The notes under the pieces: model-generated
Databases searched by the model: none
Seen by the model: only the letters and a program-made list of their open reading frames with translations
Told to the model about the DNA's origin: nothing
Part shown: piece by piece, positions 12,501-25,790 of the stretch
Position numbering within the stretch: the stretch's first letter is position 1
How the letters are laid out: every line of letters begins with the position of its first letter
Position numbers and translations under genes: made by a program
Assembly (NCBI GenBank): GCA_030390025.1
Contig: CM059429.1
Span: forward strand, 143,096,001 to 143,160,000
DNA: 64,000 nt
Direction of reading: 5' to 3'
DNA from: Squalus acanthias
Taxonomy: Eukaryota

Positions 12501-15500
12501 CATCCCACCCCCATCCCATCCTACGGATTTCCTAATGTGACAGCCTGTTATGTTTCAGTAATTATATCACTCTTCAGAACTTAAAAATAACTGTCTATTT
12601 TAGATAGTTTCTTGATCGGACCAAACATGCCAGGTAAGCATTGGTCTGTAAAACCAATGGTATTTCTTTTTAACCATCTGTGTTCTTAGTGTTATTAGAA
12701 CATTGCTATAAGGTTTTAACACTTACCAAAAGATCTTAATGTCTCCTGAAGGGCATACATATAAAGGTTTAAAGCTTTTTAAATAACCTTTTTTTTAGAA
12801 AAAAAAGTATTTGTTGTAAATATGCTTATCTGATAGAATTGCAGCAGTTTATTTCATGCTACAATCCTAAGTATTGCACTTGCCTTAATTGTACAAATCT
12901 GACAATATTTTAGTAAACTAGTTTTTTCTTCAAAGTGATGAATCTTAAAGGATAATTTTCTTTTAAAGTCTTTAATTTCTTTGCAAAAGGATAAAAGTTC
13001 TCATCTTATTAGTTGAATATTGGCTGTTCTTTTTTAAATTGTGAGTTTATTTTAGCTCCAATATAAACAACCTCACTGGGTATATTTTCTCTTCCATCAC
13101 GTTAAAATAAAATGTAAACGAATGTATAATTAGTTAATTAGTACCTCGTAAAACATGTTAGAAACCTAATCTTCCAAAAGCTGCAGGGAAAGGAATCAGA
13201 AAGATACAAGATAGCTGAAAAAATCCTAATAATTTTAACAACTGAATCATAAGATAAGGAACTGTTTTATGAACAGAAATTGGTCATTGTGTATGATTTT
13301 ACAAAGTTCCTTGTGTTCTTTTAATGCCATCACATTTGTAGAACAGGTAGTTAAATGGCCTGAGCTACAAAGATATCAGTCGGTCTTATTTTAATTTACC
13401 GTAGTTTACAGTAATCTTTATACAACCAAAAATAAAATGTTGTGATTAAAAATGATTCAGAATCTTATCAATGTATAAAATATTAAAGATGAGATAAATA
13501 TATCAATAAGATGCAGTTAGTGTTTGTTTTGTCTTGTTTAAGTTTTAAGTACTTTTCCAACCACATTCTTTCCTTTCACACAACACCTGCAGAAATCATT
13601 TTCTGCCAGTATCTACACGTATTGTCTGAACACACCACATATCTGAGAAATTCAGATGGGCCAAAGAACATTTCTCAGTTATAATGTTTGTAAACGATGA
13701 AGTTTACACTGGTTATATTTTAGATTCTGGTGCAAAATCGCTGACCGGTTCCTAAATGGTTAAAATGGTTATTCGTCCACCTTATTTTTCTTACATTTTC
13801 CTGATGAAATACTTCGAATTCCATGTTCATTCACTATTTCTGATTCATATATATGTGTGTTACATCTTATCAGACGTGTTGCTCTTACAATATTGCTATT
13901 ACCAGATAAGTTTACATGTACTCATTCTTTATCAAATATTAAGCCTTTTCTATGTAAGTGATTGATACAGAATATTGATGTCCTAAATCTTATATGTTTA
14001 TGTTATAAATATAATCGTACCCAATGGAAATATTTTAAGTTGCATTGAAGTCTATTAAAATAACACAAAAATTTGGCATTATAGGAATGATACAGCTCTG
14101 TTTTAAGCCTTTGAAATAAAAACATAAAATGTTGGGAAAACACTGCAAGTCCATCAGCATCTGAAATGAGAAAAGACTAGTGATACATCACCAGAAAGTC
14201 CAAATTCCAGAATTTTCAGTTTTTTCTTTTTATCTCTAATGTTTTGAGCATCAATGAATCTTTGATATTTTAAACAAAATGATCGTAGTATCACACTTTT
14301 ATTGCATCAGAATTTAACGTAGAAATGCTGCCTACAATAAAGGGAGGGTACTAGATGATCAGCAATGTCATGCAAGTTTATCTGATCATAAAACAATCAG
14401 TTAGACAGCTTGGTAAGTGTATTGTATTACTGAATGAGAATGTCAATGAGAGATAAATGAGAAATAATCCAGAATTGTGTGTCTGAAATTACAAACAAAT
14501 TTGTAATGAGAAGTATTAGAAACGTGACAAGTAAATAATGTGAACTTATTTTAAGAAATCATGAGATATATGTCAATTTGATACAAGCTTTGGATATATT
14601 TTATAATAAACTAACACTTCTATCAATTTATTTTCTAGTGGTATGCTTATGTATATGATTTACAAAAGTAACTCAGGAACATTTAACAGCTTCATAATGA
14701 CAATGTTAACCAACTTTGAGGATTGCTTTCGCATTACTGCAGCAAGATCAAATAAATTATGATTTTTTAACTTAATTCCCAACATTTTTAAAATTCAAAT
14801 AAGTCAAATTCTTTGTTTCAGTGCATTTCTTTAATGTTATTTTGCATTATTCATCCTTGGAAATACACAAAAAATAATTTTCAGATGTTGTATGAAAGGA
14901 AAGAGAAGTGGATTTCAGAAGCTGAAAACGATCTTCAGAGTTTCCGTTTTATAACGAGAGTTACCTCTTGCGATCGTTAAAGTTTGTGATGTGTTAACAT
15001 GACAATAGCAAATTGCATCAAAAAAGGGCGGCTATAAAATGTTTCTAAAAAGGATATGTTGCATGCTTGTTTGTAACCTCTTGAAGTAATAATATGTACC
15101 AGCATACTAAATACATCACCTTGAAACATAACAGAAATCTGTTGGTTATCTTTGATATAGTGGTTTGCTTTTTGTAATGGAAAATTGAGTGTAGCGAAAT
15201 CGTTATGTGGCCAATATCTACATTTAAATATCTACACTTTGTATCCAAACCCAGTGATATCACTAAAGTGCATAAACCGCTATATGTGCTACAGCAGCAT
15301 GGTGTGTAACTTTTAACACACAATTTCTTCCTGTTAACAAAATAACCTTGATGGTTAATGTCTTTAATTTATTCCACTTAGTACTCCTGCCAGTGTTTTG
15401 ACTAAAATTATTAACAGGATAAGTTTTGTTTCCATACTCTGAACAAATTTCAAACCAAGATGTTTACACATTTTGCGACAAACAAAATCTATTAACTTAA

Positions 15501-15771
15501 GTTCATTATTTTAAAAACTACTAATATATATAGCTAATATTAAGTACAGTGATAACCGTACCCTTAACTTATATTTATAACTTAACTTACACTGAGTATA
15601 TTAATTTATATATACTATGCAATGACATAGAGGTAATTTTAACATAGACTTGTTTTACTTAGTGAACATGTTGTGAGAAATTGTTTCAAATACTTGCTTG
15701 AACATTTTTCAAATTAAATGAATGATGAGAATATGACAAAATGGTATCAAACTACAATTATTTCCTCTTCC

Positions 15772-17290
15772 CTCGGTAGTGGGGAAGCTTTTAGAAAAGA
15801 TAATCCGGGACAAAATTAACAGTCACTTGGACAAGTGTGGGTTAATGAAGGAAAGCCAGCACGGATTTGTTAAAGGCAAATTGTGTTTAACTAACTTGAT
15901 TGAGTTTTTTGATGAGGTAACAGAGAGGGTTGATGAGGGCAATGCGATTGATGTAGTATACATGGACTTCCAAAAGGCGTTTGATAAAGAGCCACATAAT
16001 AGGCTTGCCAGCAAAGTTGAAGCCCATTGAATAAAAGGGACAGTGCCAGCATGGATACGAAATTGACTAATTGACAGGAAACAGAGAGTAGTGGTAAACA
16101 GTTGTTTTTCGGACTGGAAGAAGGTACACAGTGGTGTTCCCCAGGAGTCGGTACTAGGATCACTGCTTTTCTTTATATATATTAATGACTTGAACTTGGG
16201 CGTACAGGGCACCATTTAAAAATTTGCAGATGACACAAAACTTGGAAGTATAGTGAACAGTGAGGAGGATAGCAATAGACTTCAAGAGGACATAGACAGG
16301 CTAGTGGAATGAGCGGACATGTGGCAGATGAAATTTAACGCAGAATAGTGCAAAGTGATATTTTTTGGTAGGAAGAACGAGGAGAAGCAATATAAACTAA
16401 AGGGTACATTTCTAAAGTGGGTGAATGAACAGAGAGACCTGGGGGTATATGTGCACAAATCTTTGAAGGTGGCAGGGCAGGTTGAGAAAATGCTTAAAAA
16501 AGCATACAGGATCCTGGGCTTCATAAATAGAAGTGAGAAGTCGCACAACACCAGGTTATAGTCCAACAGCTTTATATAAAGCTGTTGGACTATAACCTGG
16601 TGTTGTGCGACTTCTCACTTTTGTCCACCCCAGTCCAACACCGGCATCTCCGCATCATTCATAAATAGAGGCATAGAGTACAAAAGCAAGGAAGTTACGA
16701 CGAACCGTTAGAAAACACTGGTTCGGCCTCAACTGGAGTATTGTGTCCAATTCTGGGCACCGCACTTTAGGAAGGTTGTGAAGGCTTTAGAGACGGTGTA
16801 GAAAAGATTTACAAGAATGGTTCCAAGGATGAGGGACTTCAGTTACGTGGAAAGACTGGAGAAGCTGGGGTTGTTCTCCTTAGAGCAGAGAAGGTTGAGA
16901 GGAGATTTGATAGAGGTGTCAAAATCATGTTGGGTCTAGACAGAGTAGATAGAGAAAAACTGTTCCCATTGGCGGAAGAGTCGAGAACCAGAGGACACAG
17001 ATTTAAGGTGATTGACAGAAGAATCAAAGGCGACATGAGGAAAAACTTTTCTACGCAGCAAGTGGTTAGGATCTGGAATGCACTGCCTGAAAGGGTGGTG
17101 GAGGCAGACTCAATCGTGGCTTTCAAAAGGGAATTGGCTAAGTACCTGAAGGAAAAAGATTTGCCGGGCCAGGGGGACAGGGCGGGGAGTGGGACTAGCT
17201 GAAGTGCTCTTACAGAGAGCCGGCACGGGCTTGACGGGCCGAATGGCCTCCTTCTGTGCTGTAACCATTCTATGATTCTATGATTCTATC
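15772..17290 (+). mobile_element. CR1 LINE, 5'-truncated (RT domain to 3' tail)
   Basis: ORF pieces SQHGFVKGKLCLTNLIEFF, DFQKAFDK, WNALPERVVEA; (ATTCTATG)n 3' tail; several stops and frameshifts. Confidence 0.95.
16531..16658. mobile_element. Penelope-like terminal fragment with a perfect 90-bp palindrome, inserted in CR1
   Basis: 16531-16620 is its own reverse complement, followed by a 38-bp tail. TTCATAAATAG(A) is duplicated on both sides and CR1 resumes colinearly. Confidence 0.8.
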
Positions 17291-17319
17291 TATTCAACAA
17301 CAAAAACGATTTGCACATT

Positions 17320-17640
17320 TTTTTTTATTCGTCCGTGGGTTGTGGGTGTCGCTGGCATGGCCAGCATTTATTGCCCATCCCTAATTGCCCTTGAGAAGGT
17401 GGTGGTGAGCCACCTTCTTGAACCGCTGCAGTCCGTGTGGTGATGGTGATCCCATAGTGCTGTTTGGGAGGGGGTTCTAGGATTTTGACGCATCGATGAT
17501 GAAGGAACAACGATATATTTCCAAGTCAGGATGGTGTGTGACTTGGAGGGGAACTTGGAGGTGATGGTGTACCCATGCATCTGCTGCCGTTGTCCTTCTA
17601 GGTGGTAGAGGTCGCGGGTTTGGGAGGTGCTGCCGAAGTA
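17320..17640 (-). mobile_element. Non-LTR retrotransposon 3' end (CR1/L2 group, family B) inserted in an L2 tail
   Basis: Same family as 23790-24035 and 27076-27338 (RT C-terminus ...GLQRFKKxAHHHLLKGN*, A-rich tail). Confidence 0.8.
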
Positions 17641-18136
17641 GCAAAACATACTAAGATGGTTTTACAAAAGAGACCGCACACATGGATGTGTGGGGAGATG
17701 ACCAAAAGCATGGTTAAAGAGGTTGTTTGAGGAGGCTTTTGAAAGTGTGGAGAAATCTAGTAGAGCAGAGGACTTTGGGAATTGAATTTTCGAACGCTGG
17801 ATTCATCGCATGAATATTAACAGGTTAGCCCCAAAGTTAGTACCTGGAGCTAAAAGGGATCATCAAAATTAGAATTTCTTTTCAAGGTTAAAGTACTCTT
17901 CGATGAAAAGACCTTCTTTCCCCTCCATCTTTTGTATGATAAAGACTCTTATATACGTCGGGGTTGCAAGGACAGAGGACTGAATCTTCCAACCTGCACC
18001 CACCACCCACGAGGTTCCGCACTGTGGACAGAGCTTCAAACAATTGGAGCTTTAGTGTGAATGTGCACGGTGCAGCCAGGGTGAGCAATGGTGAGCTGAG
18101 TGGTATATTAATTTATGGGCTATATGAAAAGTTAAT

Positions 18137-18259
18137 GGGGTAATTATGAATTTGGGCAATATTGAAGTCAATGGAAATGAAAATCGGGAGAGCTATATAA
18201 CGAGCGACTGATCTGATAGTGCCCGTTTTACACCATCATCCAAAGTTAAAATTACCCCC
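18137..18259. mobile_element. Short MITE with AAT target-site duplication
   Basis: GGGGTAATT ... AATTACCCC(C) inverted ends with AAT on both sides. Confidence 0.7.
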
Positions 18260-18954
18260 AATATCTCAGGTTTAAATTGTCACGGGTATGGCACTGAGAA
18301 TGGGGGTTCACTGCACAATCTCCAAGGTGAATACAGCTTTTTACAGACTCGAGGGAAGCATGACTGCAGAGCCTGAGCATCAAACCTGTGAATTACGACT
18401 AAAAGGTTGTGATAAAAGCTGAAATATACATTTGTCCTTTAATTTGGATCTGCTGAGCAGAATTTCCACTTCCGCTCTCGGGTCTGCTCTCTGCCCAGGG
18501 GCAAAGCTGCACTGGCAACTATGAATAATTATTCAACTGAGCTGAAGCAGTATATTTGGCCTGCTTCACTAACACACATTGGGGGGAATTTTAATAGTTT
18601 GGGTTTGGGTTCGGGTTCGGGTTCGGGAGGGTTGTTAAAATTGGCGAAAATGTCAGCTTGTTCGGAAGCCGGCTCCAACGCCCCGACTTCCGGGTTTAAC
18701 TCAGTGGCCTTTCGATGCGTGTGTGTAACCCCCCCCCAGACAGGCAGGTTACTGCTTATAATATTTAAATGAGGCAATTTGAACGAGATTTTCACCGAGA
18801 TTTAAATTGAACATGAAACGGGTATATACCTGTGGTTATATACCACGGGTTTCCCAGGCTTCCTGAAACTCGCCATTGAAGCGAAGGCGAGAAGACTGAA
18901 CGACAATTCATGGCGCTCATTAAAAGTCAGGTATACAGACATCAATAATTACTC

Positions 18955-19054
18955 AGAAATAACAACAGAAAACGCTGGAAAAACTCAGCAGGCCAGGCAG
19001 CATCCGTGGAGAGAGAAACAGAGTTAACGTTTCAGGTCGAAGACCTTTCGTCAG
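18955..19054. mobile_element. Penelope-like terminal fragment inside the Harbinger element
   Basis: Homologous to the left arm of 55362-55545 (ACTCAGCAGGCCAGGCAGCATCCGTGGAGAGAGAAACAGAG). Confidence 0.7.
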
Positions 19055-19155
19055 CCGGCTTTTAAATAGAAAATCCGCGCATGCGCAGAATCTTTAACGA
19101 GCTGCGTGGGCCAAAAAAATATTAGAGGGAACATTGATTGAGACGCAAGATCAGG

Positions 19156-20321
19156 ATGGGTGACGGTGATGCCATGACTGCCTTAGATGGGACCTCGGAT
19201 GAGGAGCAAGGTGACCATCAGCAACAGCAGCAGCCTGCTGTGGAGAGACCTGCTGGTGGTCAGCACAGAGGGGAGCAGCAGAGGGGGCGAGCTTGCAGGA
19301 GACACTACCCACATAACAGTATGTACAGACAGAGGCTCAGCTTCCTTGGCCTCTTGGAAGAGCAGTGCTTCAGGAGGCTGAGGTTGTTGCTTCAGGTGGT
19401 GGCAGATATCTGCAGCCTCCTAGAAGAAGACCTGCTCCCTGCTGAACCTGTTTGCCATGCATTACCAGTGGCTGTGAAAGTGACCACCGTCTTCAACTGT
19501 TTTGCCTCTAGATCCTTCCAGGGCACTACCGGAGACATATCCAGGATCTCCCGGTTGACTGCACATAAATGCATAAGGCAGGTCACTGATGGGTTGTTTG
19601 CCAGGGCCGGCAATTATGTCAACTTCGCCTGTGATGACACCAGTCAGAATGAGCGGGCGCTCAGGTTTGCGTCTCTGGCTGGCTTCCCACAGGTACAGGG
19701 TGTCATCGACTGCACACATGTAGCAATCCACGCCCCTCCTGATCAACCAGGAGTGTTCATAAACAGCAAGGGATTCCATTCGATCGGTGTTCAGCTCGTA
19801 TGCAACCACAAGACAAGGTTCATGCAGGTGTGCGCCAGTTTCCTGGAGAGCTGCCATGATGCTTTCATCCTGCAGCCGTCCAAGCTCCCCGACCTCTTTA
19901 GACCTGCAAGCAGACTTAAGAGGTGGCTGCTAGGAGACCCTTCAAACTTGGCTGATGACACCCATGAGAAACCCCACCAATGAATCCCAAAAGTGGTACA
20001 ACAATAGCGATATGATCAACAGAGGTGTTATTGAGCAAGCGATCGGCATGGTCAGGTGCCTGGACAGATCTAACATGCTGCAATCCATCAGTACTCGCCA
20101 GCCAGGGTCTCCAGAATGATCGTGGTCTGCACAACATTGCGCAGCAGTGTGGATTGGAGCTGCAGGAGGAACAAGGCGCTGAACACACATCGTCTGCGGA
20201 TGAATCCAATGAAGAGGAGGAGGAGGAGGAGGAGGTGAAGATGGCAGCCCCAGTGCAGCACCAGCTGCTCACATTGCTGCCCGGATGCTCGGGATTCCCT
20301 TCTAGCTGTAGGTTCAGTTAG
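19156..20321 (+). pseudogene. Harbinger DDE transposase (HARBI1-like), frameshifted
   Basis: Motifs GFPQVQGVIDCTHVAI, HDAFIL and WLLGD; after a frameshift, WLMTP...VIEQAIGM...RCLDRS; then LHNIA and an acidic tail. Confidence 0.92.
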
Positions 20322-20635
20322 TCACCACCAGTTAGACTGATGTAACAATCACATCCAACGGCCAGTCTCTTCCCCCCCCACCCCCCCAATCCCACCCCCC
20401 TAATCTCACTGACATAAAGCAGTCCTGTAACCAACCATCCACCCATTGCACATCCCTCCATTGGTCCCCGTCAATTCACGTCTTCCCATGCATCAACAAG
20501 TAACTGAAAAGCTGAGTTGTCACCCAGCAGCCAAGGTTGCGCAAAGTAATAAACTACATGTGATTCTACTTTTAAACATCAGAAACTTAACAACGTAACA
20601 TTTTGCCAAACACCCATGTGCATACCCTTGTTGAA

Positions 20636-21356
20636 CTACAAATCTTTGCTCTTCCTTTTCCTACTGCTCCTACGTGGTGCAACCCCTGTAGCTTTAGCAG
20701 AGGTAGAGGCAGGCTGCTCAGCTCCCTGCTCTGACTGTTGAAATGCTCTTGGCTGATGACTTCTGGATGTTGGAGCCTGTAAGGGCCCCACAAAAGACTG
20801 CTCCACCTGCACCTGTGCAGGGGCCAACTCGGCCATCGGGAGAGGAGGCAGCATGTCTGGTACTGTCTGAGGGGGGGACATTGGGTGAGAAGTGGGAGCA
20901 CTTTGAGTGGAGTCCCCACTTCCATATTCCCTTTTGCCATCATCCCTCTCATGGGTCAGCCGCACTTCACTCCTACCACTCTGCTGGAGAGCAGCTTGGT
21001 GCAGATCAGTGACGTGTTGCAAGGTCAAGGCTAAGGTGTCTGTCATCCTATTTAAGGCGTCAGACATGTTGGCATCCAAAGTCTGCACGGCCGTGATCAA
21101 GACCTGCATGGACTCATGTGCAACTGTACTCACCTTTCCTGACCTGGTTTGGTCATTAAAGCGCTTGCTGCACTGAGGAGCGTGGCACAATGCTCCTGCT
21201 GCTGACCTCCTCGGCCACCTCCAACCACGCCTTCTTCATTGCAGTAGCAGGTTTCTTCTCCCCATTGCTGGGGAAGAGTATCTCTCTCCTACTCCTCACT
21301 GCACCAAGGGATGTGTCATTAAATCTTGATGCTGCCCGTGACCATCCTGAATCCAT
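20636..21356 (-). pseudogene. Harbinger Myb/SANT-like DNA-binding protein, frameshifted and internally deleted
   Basis: RREILFP...KKAWLEVAEEVSSRS...QCSKRFND; donor AAG|GTGAGT near 21133; basic C-terminus RRSSRKRKSK. Confidence 0.85.
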
Positions 21357-22357
21357 TACAGCACTTCTCCTTCACTTTGCTGCAACTCCCAACTCCTCCA
21401 AATTCCATCCTTGGATTGGGCTTTAAATGCTCCAGTTGAGATTGCGTCCTTTGGGTCCGCACCACGTCCGCTGTTATGAATTCAACATTGAAATACCAGA
21501 AGCCAACACGCTGAAACTTCTTCCAGGTTTTGCACCCGATATCGCACCGCCCTCCCCCCCGACCCCCACTCCGAACATGCCTCGGAGTTATTATCGGGGC
21601 CATTGTTCCAGCAAACTTGGCACAAAAACATCAGTTTCACAAGTAGCAGAATTTTAGGCCCAACATCTTTTCTACCTCAAACTCAAAAACCTGACGTAAT
21701 CTGGCGTGGTGGATCAGGATTTTAACTTTAGAAAGAGAAAAATAATTGCACATAAGTTATGCCTTATCACATCTCTCAGAAACATCTCAAATTGTTTTGT
21801 GTACAAAGAATTGCAGTGACTGTTATGTAGGCAAATCAGCACCTACCTTGCGTATAGCAAGATCCCACAAATGACTAAGTGAACAGTTAATTTGTTTTTG
21901 TTGGTGTTGGTTGAGCGAGCTTCCACTCCATTGGCTCAGTCAGGACCTGGTGTATCTGTGACTGCCAGTACACTGATCGTTGAGACCTCCAATTGGGCAA
22001 ACGTGGGCCCTAAGAGTGAGGTCGATTTCATAGAAGAACCTGGACCCCAAAGAGAGGAACAATTTTTTTTTTTATGCTGATTAGCCACCTTACTAAAGGT
22101 GCTGAAAAGGTCATGGGCGGAATTGGGAGGAGGAGGCAGAGGGGGGCTTCTTGGGCGACACTGTACCAAATTGTGGGCTCGTCCCATAGTGGTGCGTGCA
22201 CCCACCTACCACGTGCTAAATAGGTGCCCTCCCACTGAGCCCACACACTTTTACAGGATCAGCACTAGAGGGCACCAGCGAGCACAATCCCAGCATGCTG
22301 AGGAATTTCAGGGCCAAAGTGGTGATATCTTGGGACGAAGTAGTAACATTTCATAAT

Positions 22358-22619
22358 GGCCCGGAATTTGCGGTCAGCGGCGAAGCAAAGGCGTTCGCTG
22401 CTGACCCTGAAGTAAGTTTCGCGCAAAGATCTCGCGATCTCTGCGTCGAGAATTTTGGGTTTTCCGACGCTTAATGTTACACATGAATGACAGACCGTAA
22501 CTTCAGGATTTCCGCATTAGGCGCTGCAGGCGCTAAATCCTGACGTTGCGCCAGTTTCAAAGATGAAATGACGGCGAACGCTGCCAGTCCGCCGCCATCA
22601 GGACTGCAAATTCCGGGCC
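22358..22619. mobile_element. Short family-A MITE
   Basis: TIR GGCCCGGAATTTGC/GCAAATTCCGGGCC; looks like an internal-deletion derivative of the 46123-46840 type. Confidence 0.9.
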
Positions 22620-23789
22620 ATTGAGTTAATCTTGTTCATCTCGCCCAGCATCAGACTTGCAGAGCATTGACTACCAAAGTCAGCTGCTGATGGCAGTGAC
22701 TGGAGAATGTCCGTACTGGCAAGCAGTTATAAAACAGTTTCATTGCCTTCATTGTTGTGGCGAAAGCTACTGTTGCTCCAAATGCGAGCTGCTTTGTGTT
22801 TCTGTTTGTGTCAGAGGTGACGCTGGAATCTCTATTTTTTGATGGTGTGCACCTGCTCTGACGGCAGCAGGAGAGGCCTCTTTAGGTTTCTGGTTTGTCC
22901 CCAATGGCAGAGCTGTTATCAGCTACAAACCAGCAATATAATGCAGCACCAACGAGTTTTTAAATTAACTTTTGAATAACTTACTTTTGTTGAACTTAAG
23001 TGCTGCTTGATATGCATAAATCATTTTTAATCCCTGCGCATGCAAAACATTGATCTGGTGGGCAGTGACATCGCTCACACTCACAGAAGAGAAAGCAGGT
23101 TCCCTTCCAAATGTTAGAGTTCAGAACAGATGTGTTAATTGATCTAGACATGAAAGGAAGCATCGATTTCATTTCTAAATTCCTCCAGGGATTCCCCAGA
23201 TTGAGCCCTCATAAGTACAATTTCTGCTCAAGATCACTTTATTAATCAGAAACTTGAAGCTGCTTATCTGATGATACTGGATTTCCACACTCACAGTGTG
23301 TGTTTACAGTATCTTTGTATTGACTCTTGAGAGATGAGCTGTCACCCACCTACATCAGACTGTTTCCATTCAGTGTTTTTGTTTCAACCCCCACACAAGA
23401 CACGCACTGCAGAGATAAAAGAGAAGGGAGAAGATTGGGGCCACCGTTATGGAACAAACTTATAGACAGCAATGTAACATTAAAAAGTCCAGCTTTCTTG
23501 AAGATCATCTATAACCTTTCTCCTCAGTTACTGTAGAACAATGGTTAAACATGGGACCCACTGTAAACCTATACAAATGTGCCCATTTAAGTCAGATTGT
23601 ACCTATATCATGAAGTCAAATACAATTTTAATTTTCACTAATATATGTACCGACTTGGTAATTCTTTATTAAAGCTCAGGTGAGATAGGAACAGTGGCAA
23701 ATCTACATAGAAATTAAAATTCAAATGCAACATGGGATCTGATTTTTGTGTCCATTCTGCCTCGTACACAAGAGGTGTTTTGTGCCCAC

Positions 23790-24035
23790 CTGCTGATACC
23801 CTCAGACCCACATTATCCACCCCCTCCACCACCAACGCACTGTGGCTGCAGAATGTACAATCTACAGGAGGCACTGCAGCAACTCACCAAGGTTACTTCC
23901 CTCCCCTGCAAACTCTACCGCCAAGAGGTACAAAAGCAGCAATGCTGTGGGACCACCATCACGTCCAGGCTCCCCTCCAAGTTACACACCATCCGGACTT
24001 GGACATATCGCCGTTCCTTCATCGTCACTGAGCCA
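23790..24035 (+). mobile_element. Non-LTR retrotransposon fragment (family B)
   Basis: Similar to 27076-27338 and to the reverse complement of 17320-17640. Confidence 0.7.
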
Positions 24036-25382
24036 GTTCTTTGACTGCAATGTTATAAGGCTCGTTGGATCACATGTTTTCAGTGATTCTGCATGAAAGA
24101 AGGCATGCTAGAGTGATCAATACAGCAAAGCCTGATTGGCTGTACCCATCAAGATGGCACCAACCATAAGCATAGTCATCATTGCACTTACCTGGCATCA
24201 ACAGACTGACAGATGCACAGCTGTGCCGTCTGCTACCAGGACAAGTGTAGCTACCATGCAGCACAGGGCTGGCATAGCCAGTGATAGTACTGTTAGAGAT
24301 GGTTCTTGTGGCTGCTTCCCCCTCCTTCCAGGAATGCTGAAATGCTGGCTTCTGGGAATGGTTGCTGTGGAGTGGCAAGGAGGGCACTTTCCTTGCAGCT
24401 ACATCACGGAGGACCAACATTTGAACTGAGTGCTACTTGCCTGCAGATTCATGCTTGTATTTAGGGCTTTTGTTTGTGATTTGTGCAGTTATCAGTTTTA
24501 GAGGGTCAACAGTGCCTTGGTGCCCAAGGGAGAAAAGGTACAGCAGCTAGTGAGTTACCTCGCCTGCGTTTATCATGAAAATCCAGGGAACACACATATA
24601 TTCCAGACATGTGCTTCTGATGGGTGAGGCTCCCTGCATGACATGTGGTTTCATAAAATAGGGCCTAAAGTGTCCTCTTCTCAGGCTACATTTAACCATC
24701 AGTAACATGGTAACAAGGGCCAACAAAGGAACACCAATATCAAAAGATATCTCCTTTTGTAACATTAAGGATTATGGGCAATTTAGTAGACTATATTTTA
24801 CATTGAACTTTTCCTGGACTGAGTTACCTGACAGAACCACAGATATAATGGGAGTGAATGTCCATGGGGCTTCTCCTGCTGTTCCGCTGTAACTTCGACG
24901 GAAGAGCTACAGAAACTCAAGAAAAACAGTGTTAACAAGGTTTCCACCGCTCTTCCGCCAAAGTTCTGAGATCTGCTGAAGTAACTAGAAAACTAATGAT
25001 TTGAACAAAAGTTTAAAAATACTTAGTCATTACTGCAGTGGAGTTTACGTAGACTTCGCTTGTAAAAATGTGTAATCGTGGAAAATATTGTTCACTAAAA
25101 CCTTTGAGCGCTAAATGGCCTTTGTAACTTTCTCAATATACATATTTGCTATCATGCCAAAATTCTATCAATTTCTGTTACTGACAAGTGCTAAATAAAT
25201 TGACAAAGTAAGCATTTATTTCTGTCATACATTTTAAAAACATTTGGGAGTTGAGATTCCTTGTAGTGCCCTGCTTAATACAATGTTAGAATAGTACACA
25301 AGGGGATTTGATGCAACGTTATTAATCCATTTAAAATAAAGCATTAATGACTTTGTTCAAATAGTGCACAGGAATTTAATAT

Positions 25383-25790
25383 AAGAAAGAACTTGCATTT
25401 ATATAATGCCTTTCACATTCTCAGAAAGTGCTTTGCAGCCAATGATTGAATGACTTTTAAAGTCGCTTTTGTTATATAGGCAAATGCTGCAGCCAATTTG
25501 CATACAGCAAGTTCCCACAAACAGCAATGGGATAAAAGGCCAGATAATCCAGTTCTGCTGGTGTTGGTTGAGGGATACATGTTGGCTAGGACATTGGGAG
25601 AATTCCCTTCACTTCCTCAGATAGTGCCATAGGATCTTTTACATCCACCTGAACAGGCAGATGGGACCTTGGTTTAACATCTCATCTGAAAGATGGCACC
25701 TCCAGCGGTGCAGCACTTCATCAATACTACACTAAAGTGACAGCCTAGATTATGTGCTCAAATCCTGGAGTGGGACTTGAACCTTCTGGA
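25383..25790 (-). mobile_element. Deu-domain SINE (SacSINE1/AmnSINE1-like)
   Basis: GGATCTTTTACATCCACCTGA...GGTTTAACATCTCATCTGAAAGATGGCACCTCC core; L2-like tail AAGAAAGAACTTGCATTTATAT; inverted homologue at 47011-47367. Confidence 0.8.

Larger units (their letters stand above)
18581..21601. mobile_element. PIF/Harbinger transposon (degenerate, two convergent genes)
   Basis: Transposase on + and Myb/SANT gene on -; GG...CC termini with ATT on both flanks; the TIRs match only imperfectly. Confidence 0.88.

Noticed and set aside
14355-14412. ATG-initiated 58-nt phase-1 segment with a GTAAGT donor, as candidate CD247 exon 1
   Set aside because: The peptide MISNVMQVYLIIKQSVRQL is not a credible signal peptide; the length match is probably coincidence.
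16531-16620. Palindrome as a CRISPR repeat, terminator or miRNA gene
   Set aside because: Eukaryotic context, no repeat-spacer array, and a TSD plus asymmetric tail indicate a retroelement insertion.
19138-19983. 281-aa ORF as the host gene HARBI1
   Set aside because: Frameshifted after the second catalytic Asp and embedded in a transposon with a convergent Myb gene.
25496-25503. Octamer ATTTGCAT as the distal element of the U1 copy
   Set aside because: About 620 bp upstream and inside a SINE; too far for a DSE.
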